Assembly: GCA_964057225.1 (NCBI GenBank)
Contig: CAXKVF010000087.1
Location: 62,001-126,000, forward strand
Source of the DNA: Auanema rhodensis
Taxonomy: Eukaryota; Animalia; Nematoda
Length of the DNA: 64,000 nucleotides
Reading direction: 5' to 3'
The position numbers and the translations under genes are program-made. Positions 54,844-64,000 of the stretch are shown in pieces; within the stretch, counting starts at the first letter, position 1; each line of letters begins with the position of its first letter. The notes under the pieces were generated by a model, which was not told the origin of the DNA, searched no databases, and saw only the letters and a program-made list of their open reading frames with translations.

Positions 54844-57800
54844 CCATGTCCATATTAGTCTAAAAACAAATTTTTATTGATATTGGTTCATGGTAACCAT
54901 GACTTTGAATTTTACGTGAACTTTAATTTATGCTAATTAAATGTACACGTGATGTGCACTTGGTATGTAACTCGCTTCACGTGAAAGATAAAGAGATGCG
55001 GTTTTCAAAATTAGATTCCCCATGTCCATATTAGTCTAAAAACAAATTTTTATTGATATTGGTGCATGGTAACCATGACTTTGAAATTTACGTGAACTTT
55101 AATTTATGCTAATTAAATGTACACGTGATGTGCACTTGGTATGTAACTCGCTTCACGTGAAAGATGAAGAGATGCGGTTTTCAAAATTAGATTCCCCATG
55201 TCCATATTAGTCTAAAAACAAATTTTTATTGATATTGGTTCATGGTAACCATGACTTTGAAATTTACGTGAACTTTAATTTATGCTAATTAAATGTACAC
55301 GTGATGTGCACTTGGTATGTAACTCGCTTCACGTGAAAGATAAAGAGATGCGGTTTTCAAAATTAGATTCCCCATGTCCATATTAGTCTAAAAACAAATT
55401 TTTATTGATATTGGTGCATGGTAACCATGACTTTGAAATTTACGTGAACTTTAATTTATGCTAATTAAATGTACACGTGATGTGCACTTGGTATGTAACT
55501 CGCTTCACGTGAAAGATAAAGAGATGCGGTTTTCAAAATTAGATTCCCCATGTCCATATTAGTCTAAAAACAAATTTTTATTGATATTGGTTCATGGTAA
55601 CCATGACTTTGAAATTTACGTGAACTTTAATTTATGCTAATTAAATGTACACGTGATGTGCACTTGGTATGTAACTCGCTTCACGTGAAAGATAAAGAGA
55701 TGCGGTTTTCAAAATTAGATTCCCCATGTCCATATTAGTCTAAAAACAAATTTTTATTGATATTGGTGCATGGTAACCATGACTTTGAAATTTACGTGAA
55801 CTTTAATTTATGCTAATTAAATGTACACGTGATGTGCACTTGGTATGTAACTCGCTTCACGTGAAAGATAAAGAGATGCGGTTTTCAAAATTAGATTCCC
55901 CATGTCCATATTAGTCTAAAAACAAATTTTTATTGATATTGGTTCATGGTAACCATGACTTTGAAATTTACGTGAACTTTAATTTATGCTAATTAAATGT
56001 ACACGTGATGTGCACTTGGTATGTAACTCGCTTCACGTGAAAGATAAAGAGATGCGGTTTTCAAAATTAGATTCCCCATGTCCATATTAGTCTAAAAACA
56101 AATTTTTATTGATATTGGTTCATGGTAACCATGACTTTGAATTTTACGTGAACTTTAATTTATGCTAATTAAATGTACACGTGATGTGCACTTGGTATGT
56201 AACTCGCTTCACGTGAAAGATAAAGAGATGCGGTTTTCAAAATTAGATTCCCCATGTCCATATTAGTCTAAAAACAAATTTTTATTGATATTGGTGCATG
56301 GTAACCATGACTTTGAAATTTACGTGAACTTTAATTTATGCTAATTAAATGTACACGTGATGTGCACTTGGTATGTAACTCGCTTCACGTGAAAGATGAA
56401 GAGATGCGGTTTTCAAAATTAGATTCCCCATGTCCATATTAGTCTAAAAACAAATTTTTATTGATATTGGTTCATGGTAACCATGACTTTGAAATTTACG
56501 TGAACTTTAATTTATGCTAATTAAATGTACACGTGATGTGCACTTGGTATGTAACTCGCTTCACGTGAAAGATAAAGAGATGCGGTTTTCAAAATTAGAT
56601 TCCCCATGTCCATATTAGTCTAAAAACAAATTTTTATTGATATTGGTGCATGGTAACCATGACTTTGAAATTTACGTGAACTTTAATTTATGCTAATTAA
56701 ATGTACACGTGATGTGCACTTGGTATGTAACTCGCTTCACGTGAAAGATAAAGAGATGCGGTTTTCAAAATTAGATTCCCCATGTCCATATTAGTCTAAA
56801 AACAAATTTTTATTGATATTGGTTCATGGTAACCATGACTTTGAAATTTACGTGAACTTTAATTTATGCTAATTAAATGTACACGTGATGTGCACTTGGT
56901 ATGTAACTCGCTTCACGTGAAAGATAAAGAGATGCGGTTTTCAAAATTAGATTCCCCATGTCCATATTAGTCTAAAAACAAATTTTTATTGATATTGGTT
57001 CATGGTAACCATGACTTTGAATTTTACGTGAACTTTAATTTATGCTAATTAAATGTACACGTGATGTGCACTTGGTATGTAACTCGCTTCACGTGAAAGA
57101 TAAAGAGATGCGGTTTTCAAAATTAGATTCCCCATGTCCATATTAGTCTAAAAACAAATTTTTATTGATATTGGTGCATGGTAACCATGACTTTGAAATT
57201 TACGTGAACTTTAATTTATGCTAATTAAATGTACACGTGATGTGCACTTGGTATGTAACTCGCTTCACGTGAAAGATGAAGAGATGCGGTTTTCAAAATT
57301 AGATTCCCCATGTCCATATTAGTCTAAAAACAAATTTTTATTGATATTGGTTCATGGTAACCATGACTTTGAAATTTACGTGAACTTTAATTTATGCTAA
57401 TTAAATGTACACGTGATGTGCACTTGGTATGTAACTCGCTTCACGTGAAAGATAAAGAGATGCGGTTTTCAAAATTAGATTCCCCATGTCCATATTAGTC
57501 TAAAAACAAATTTTTATTGATATTGGTGCATGGTAACCATGACTTTGAAATTTACGTGAACTTTAATTTATGCTAATTAAATGTACACGTGATGTGCACT
57601 TGGTATGTAACTCGCTTCACGTGAAAGATAAAGAGATGCGGTTTTCAAAATTAGATTCCCCATGTCCATATTAGTCTAAAAACAAATTTTTATTGATATT
57701 GGTTCATGGTAACCATGACTTTGAAATTTACGTGAACTTTAATTTATGCTAATTAAATGTACACGTGATGTGCACTTGGTATGTAACTCGCTTCACGTGA

Positions 57801-58187
57801 AAGATAAAGAGATGCGGTTTTCAAAATTAGATTCCCCATGTCCATATTAGTCTAAAAACAAATTTTTATTGATATTGGTGCATGGTAACCATGACTTTGA
57901 AATTTACGTGAACTTTAATTTATGCTAATTAAATGTACACGTGATGTGCACTTGGTATGTAACTCGCTTCACGTGAAAGATAAAGAGATGCGGTTTTCAA
58001 AATTAGATTCCCCATGTCCATATTAGTCTAAAAACAAATTTTTATTGATATTGGTTCATGGTAACCATGACTTTGAAATTTACGTGAACTTTAATTTATG
58101 CTAATTAAATGTACACGTGATGTGCACTTGGTATGTAACTCGCTTCACGTGAAAGATAAAGAGATGCGGTTTTCAAAATTAGATTCC
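54844..58187 (+). repeat. HOR with 7-, 5- and 7-monomer length variants
   Basis: Units begin with an A67T monomer then an A147G monomer at 54844, 56076 and 56956; the rest alternate T45/G45. Confidence 0.85.
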
Positions 58188-61100
58188 CCATGTCCATATT
58201 AGTCTAAAAACAAATTTTTATTGATATTGCTTCATGGTAACCATGACTTTGAAATTTACGTGAACTTTAATTTATGCTAATTAAATGTACACGTGATGTG
58301 CACTTGGTATGTAATTCGCTTCACGTGAAAGATAAAGAGATGCGGTTTTCAAAATTAGATTCCCCATGTCCATATTAGTCTAAAAACAAATTTTTATTGA
58401 TATTGGTGCATGGTAACCATGACTTTGAAATTTACGTGAACTTTAATTTATGCTAATTAAATGTACATGTGATGTGCACTTGGTATGTAACTCGCTTCAC
58501 GTGAAAGAAGAAGAGATGCGGTTTTCAAAATTAGATTCCCCATGTCCATATTAGTCTAAGAACAAATTTTTATTGATATTGGTTCATGGTAACCATGACT
58601 TTGAAATTTACGTGAACTTTAATTTATGCTAATTAAATGTACACGTGATGTGCACTTGGTATGTAACTCGCTTCACGTGAAAGATAAAGAGATGCGGTTT
58701 TCAAAATTAGATTCCCCATGTCCATATTAGTCTAAAAACAAATTTTTATTGATATTGGTGCATGGTAACAATGACTTTGAAATTTACGTGAACTTTAATT
58801 TATGCTAATTAAATGTACACGTGATGTGCACTTGGTATGTAACTCGCTTCACGTGAAAGATGAAGAGATGCGGTTTTCAAAATTGGATTCCCCATGTCCA
58901 TATTAGTCTAAAAACAAATTTTTATTGATATTGGTGCATGGTAACCATGACTTTGAAATTTACGTGAACTTTAATTTATGCTAATTAAATGTACACGTGA
59001 TGTGCACTTGGTATGTAACTCGCTTCACGTGAAAGATGAAGAGATGCGGTTTTCAAAATTAGATTCCCCATGTCCATATTAGTCTAAAAACAAATTTTTA
59101 TTGATATTGGTGCATGGTAACCATGACTTTGAAATTTACGTGAACTTTAATTTATGCTAATTAAATGTACACGTGATGTGCACTTGGTATGTAACTCGCT
59201 TCACGTGAAAGATGAAGAGATGCGGTTTTCAAAATTAGATTCCCCATGTCCATATTAGTCTAAAAACAAATTTTTATTGATATTGGTTCATGGTAACCAT
59301 GACTTTGAAATTTACGTGAACTTTAATTTATGCTAATTAAATGTACACGTGATGTGCACTTGGTATGTAACTCGCTTCACGTGAAAGATAAAGAGATGCG
59401 GTTTTCAAAATTAGATTCCCCATGTCCATATTAGTCTAAAAACAAATTTTTATTGATATTGGTGCATGGTAACCATGACTTTGAAATTTACGTGAACTTT
59501 AATTTATGCTAATTAAATGTACACGTGATGTGCACTTGGTATGTAACTCGCTTCACGTGAAAGATAAAGAGATGCGGTTTTCAAAATTAGATTCCCCATG
59601 TCCATATTAGTCTAAAAACAAATTTTTATTGATATTGGTGCATGGTAACCATGACTTTGAAATTTACGTGAACTTTAATTTATGCTAATTAAATGTACAC
59701 GTGATGTGCACTTGGTATGTAACTCGCTTCACGTGAAAGATAAAGAGATGCGGTTTTCAAAATTAGATTCCCCATGTCCATATTAGTCTAAAAACAAATT
59801 TTTATTGATATTGGTTCATGGTAACCATGACTTTGAAATTTACGTGAACTTTAATTTATGCTAATTAAATGTACACGTGATGTGCACTTGGTATGTAACT
59901 CGCTTCACGTGAAAGATAAAGAGATGCGGTTTTCAAAATTAGATTCCCCATGTCCATATTAGTCTAAAAACAAATTTTTATTGATATTGGTTCATGGTAA
60001 CCATGACTTTGAAATTTACGTGAACTTTAATTAATGCTAATTAAATGTACACGTGATGTGCACTTGGTATGTAACTCGCTTCACGTGAAAGATAAAGAGA
60101 TGCGGTTTTCAAAATTAGATTCCCCATGTCCATATTAGTCTAAAAACAAATTTTTATTGATATTGGTTCATGGTAACCATGACTTTGAAATTTACGTGAA
60201 CTTTAATTTATGCTAATTAAATGTACACGTGATGTGCACTTGGTATGTAACTCGCTTCACGTGAAAGATAAAGAGATGCGGTTTTCAAAATTAGATTCCC
60301 CATGTCCATATTAGTCTAAAAACAAATTTTTATTGATATTGCTTCATGGTAACCATGACTTTGAAATTTACGTGAACTTTAATTTATGCTAATTAAATGT
60401 ACACGTGATGTGCACTTGGTATGTAACTCGCTTCACGTGAAAGATAAAGAGATGCGGTTTTCAAAATTAGATTCCCCATGTCCATATTAGTCTAAAAACA
60501 AATTTTTATTGATATTGGTTCATGGTAACCATGACTTTGAATTTTACGTGAACTTTAATTTATGCTAATTAAATGTACACGTGATGTGCACTTGGTATGT
60601 AACTCGCTTCACGTGAAAGATAAAGAGATGCGGTTTTCAAAATTAGATTCCCCATGTCCATATTAGTCTAAAAACAAATTTTTATTGATATTGCTTCATG
60701 GTAACCATGACTTTGAAATTTACGTGAACTTTAATTAATGCTAATTAAATGTACACGTGATGTGCACTTGGTATGTAACTCGCTTCACGTGAAAGATAAA
60801 GAGATGCGGTTTTCAAAATTAGATTCCCCATGTCCATATTAGTCTAAAAACAAATTTTTATTGATATTGCTTCATGGTAACCATGACTTTGAAATTTACG
60901 TGAACTTTAATTTATGCTAATTAAATGTACACGTGATGTGCACTTGGTATGTAACTCGCTTCACGTGAAAGATAAAGAGATGCGGTTCTCAAAATTAGAT
61001 TCCCCATGTCCATATTAGTCTAAAAACAAATTTTTATTGATATTGGTTCATGGTAACCATGACTTTGAAATTTACGTGAACTTTAATTTATGCTAATTAA

Positions 61101-61531
61101 ATGTACACGTGATGTGCACTTGGTATGTAACTCGCTTCACGTGAAAGATAAAGAGATGCGGTTTTCAAAATTAGATTCCCCATGTCCATATTAGTCTAAA
61201 AACAAATTTTTATTGATATTGCTTCATGGTAACCATGACTTTGAAATTTACGTGAACTTTAATTTATGCTAATTAAATGTACACGTGATGTGCACTTGGT
61301 ATGTAACTCGCTTCACGTGAAAGATAAAGAGGTGCGGTTTTCAAAATTAGAATCCCCATGTCCATATTAGTCTAAAAACAAATTTTTATTGATATTGGTT
61401 CATGGTAACCATGACTTTGAAATTTACGTGAACTTTAATTTATGCTAATTAAATGTACACGTGATGTGCACTTGGTATGTAACTCGCTTCACGTGAAAGA
61501 TAAAGAGATGCGGTTTTCAAAATTAGATTCC

Positions 61532-62235
61532 CCATGTCCATATTAGTCTAAAAACAAATTTTTATTGATATTGGTTCATGGTAACCATGACTTTGAAATT
61601 TACGTGAACTTTAATTTATGCTAATTAAATGTACACGTGATGTGCACTTGGTATGTAACTCGCTTCACGTGAAAGATAAAGAGATGCGGTTTTCAAAATT
61701 AGATTCCCCATGTCCATATTAGTCTAAAAACAAATTTTTATTGATATTAGTTCATGGTAACCATGACTTTGAAATTTACGTGAACTTTAATTTATGCTAA
61801 TTAAATGTACACGTGATGTGCACTTGGTATGTAACTCGCTTCACGTGAAAGATAAAGAGATGCGGTTTTCAAAATTAGAATCCCCATGTCCATATTAGTC
61901 TAAAAACAAATTTTTATTGATATTGGTTCATGGTAACCATGACTTTGAAATTTACGTGAACTTTAATTTATGCTAATTAAATGTACACGTGATGTGCACT
62001 TGGTATGTAACTCGCTTCACGTGAAAGATAAAGAGATGCGGTTTTCAAAATTAGATTCCCCATGTCCATATTAGTCTAAAAACAAATTTTTATTGATATT
62101 AGTTCATGGTAACCATGACTTTGAAATTTACGTGAACTTTAATTTATGCTAATTAAATGTACACGTGATGTGCACTTGGTATGTAACTCGCTTCACGTGA
62201 AAGATAAAGAGATGCGGTTTTCAAAATTAGAATCC
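61532..62235 (+). repeat. 2-mer duplication (352 bp x2)
   Basis: G42A at 61749 and 62101; T173A at 61880 and 62232. Confidence 0.85.
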
Positions 62236-64000
62236 CCATGTCCATATTAGTCTAAAAACAAATTTTTATTGATATTGGTTCATGGTAACCATGACTTTGA
62301 AATTTACGTGAACTTTAATTTATGCTAATTAAATGTACACGTGATGTGCACTTGGTATGTAACTCGCTTCACGTGAAAGATGAAGAGATGCGGTTTTCAA
62401 AATTAGATTCCCCATGTCCATATTAGTCTAAAAACAAATTTTTATTGATATTGGTTCATGGTAACCATGACTTTGAAATTTACGTGAACTTTAATTTATG
62501 CTAATTAAATGTACACGTGATGTGCACTTGGTATGTAACTCGCTTCACGTGAAAGATAAAGAGATGCGGTTTTCAAAATTAGATTCCCCATGTCCATATT
62601 AGTCTAAAAACAAATTTTTATTGATATTGGTGCATGGTAACCATGACTTTGAAATTTACGTGAACTTTAATTTATGCTAATTAAATGTACACGTGATGTG
62701 CACTTGGTATGTAACTCGCTTCACGTGAAAGATAAAGAGATGCGGTTTTCAAAATTAGATTCCCCCTGTCCATATTAGTCTAAAAACAAATTTTTATTGA
62801 TATTGGTTCATGGTAACCATGACTTTGAAATTTACGTGAACTTTAATTTATGCTAATTAAATGTACACGTGATGTGCACTTGGTATGTAACTCGCTTCAC
62901 GTGAAAGATAAAGAGATGCGGTTTTCAAAATTAGATTCCCCCTGTCCATATTAGTCTAAAAACAAATTTTTATTGATATTGCTTCATGGTAACCATGACT
63001 TTGAAATTTACGTGAACTTTAATTTATGCTAATTAAATGTACACGTGATGTGCACTTGGTATGTAACTCGCTTCACGTGAAAGATAAAGAGATGCGGTTT
63101 TCAAAATTAGATTCCCCATGTCCATATTAGTCTAAAAACAAATTTTTATTGATATTGGTTCATGGTAACCATGACTTTGAAATTTACGTGAACTTTAATT
63201 TATGCTAATTAAATGTACACGTGATGTGCACTTGGTATGTAACTCGCTTTACGTGAAAGATAAAGAGATGCGGTTTTCAAAATTAGATTCCCCATGTCCA
63301 TATTAGTCTAAAAACAAATTTTTATTGATATTGGTGCATGGTAACCATGACTTTGAAATTTACGTGAACTTTAATTTATGCTAATTAAATGTACACGTGA
63401 TGTGCACATGGTATGTAACTCGCTTCACGTGAAAGATGAAGAGATGCGGTTTTCAAAATTAGATTCCCCATGTCCATATTAGTCTAAAAACAAATTTTTA
63501 TTGATATTGGTTCATGGTAACCATGACTTTGAAATTTACGTGAACTTTAATTTATGCTAATTAAATGTACACGTGATGTGCACTTGGTATGTAACTCGCT
63601 TCACGTGAAAGATAAAGAGATGCGGTTTTCAAAATTAGATTCCCCATGTCCATATTAGTCTAAAAACAAATTTTTATTGATATTGGTGCATGGTAACCAT
63701 GACTTTGAAATTTACGTGAACTTTAATTTATGCTAATTAAATGTACACGTGATGTGCACTTGGTATGTAACTCGCTTCACGTGAAAGATAAAGAGATGCG
63801 GTTTTCAAAATTAGATTCCCCATGTCCATATTAGTCTAAAAACAAATTTTTATTGATATTGGTGCATGGTAACCATGACTTTGAAATTTACGTGAACTTT
63901 AATTTATGCTAATTAAATGTACACGTGATGTGCACTTGGTATGTAACTCGCTTCACGTGAAAGATAAAGAGATGCGGTTTTCAAAATTAGATTCCCCATG

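Larger units (their letters stand above)
1..64000 (+). repeat. 176-bp tandem satellite array (centromeric-type), ~363.6 monomer equivalents, single orientation, probably continuing beyond both window edges
   Basis: CCATGTCCAT recurs at 1, 177, 353 ... 2641 (15x176+1), 52801 (300x176+1) and 53681. After a 69-bp deletion the phase restarts at 53964 and holds exactly to 63996 (57x176 later). No non-repeat sequence seen. The centromeric role is inferred from size and homogeneity only. Confidence 0.99.

Noticed and set aside
1-64000. CRISPR or other repeat-spacer array
   Set aside because: There are no unique spacers, the whole 176 bp repeats, and no cas or other genes are present.
1-64000. G/T/C states at positions 43-45 read as an information-bearing code along the array
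   Set aside because: The pattern is accounted for by block duplications that carry all neighbouring variants together; nothing suggests a writer or reader.
1-64000. Rolling-circle or PCR concatemer artefact
   Set aside because: Shared variants arranged in nested, domain-specific higher-order blocks indicate evolutionary history rather than copying of one template, although individual exact duplications still need read support.

Overview
The whole window is one uninterrupted, head-to-tail array of an AT-rich (~32% GC by hand count of the consensus) 176-bp satellite. It holds 362 complete monomers, one fused deletion dimer (53681-53963) and a 5-bp tail. Consensus, phase taken from base 1: CCATGTCCATATTAGTCTAAAAACAAATTTTTATTGATATTGGT[G/T]CATGGTAACCATGACTTTGAAATTTACGTGAACTTTAATTTATGCTAATTAAATGTACACGTGATGTGCACTTGGTATGTAACTCGCTTCACGTGAAAGATAAAGAGATGCGGTTTTCAAAATTAGATTCC. 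Monomers usually differ from this by 0-3 substitutions. Monomer length, homogeneity and higher-order structure resemble a eukaryotic centromeric-type satellite, but I cannot name the family or organism. I see no gene, RNA gene, transposon, inversion or CRISPR array. The five listed ORFs arise from one substitution (monomer position 15 G>C) that removes a TAG stop. The informative structure lies in the variants: (i) repeated, independent 5-monomer (880-bp) duplications; (ii) nested 2-, 3-, 7-, 9-, 18- and 22-monomer duplications; (iii) a reconstructable ~18-mer ancestral higher-order repeat (HOR) underlying ~21-43 kb; (iv) variant-defined domains; (v) a single 69-bp deletion; (vi) three ACGTGA motifs spaced 33 and 32 bp apart plus several dyad symmetries in each monomer. 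I found no support for a novel protein-coding system. All variant calls were read by eye and should be confirmed by alignment. Variant notation such as T38C means monomer position 38.
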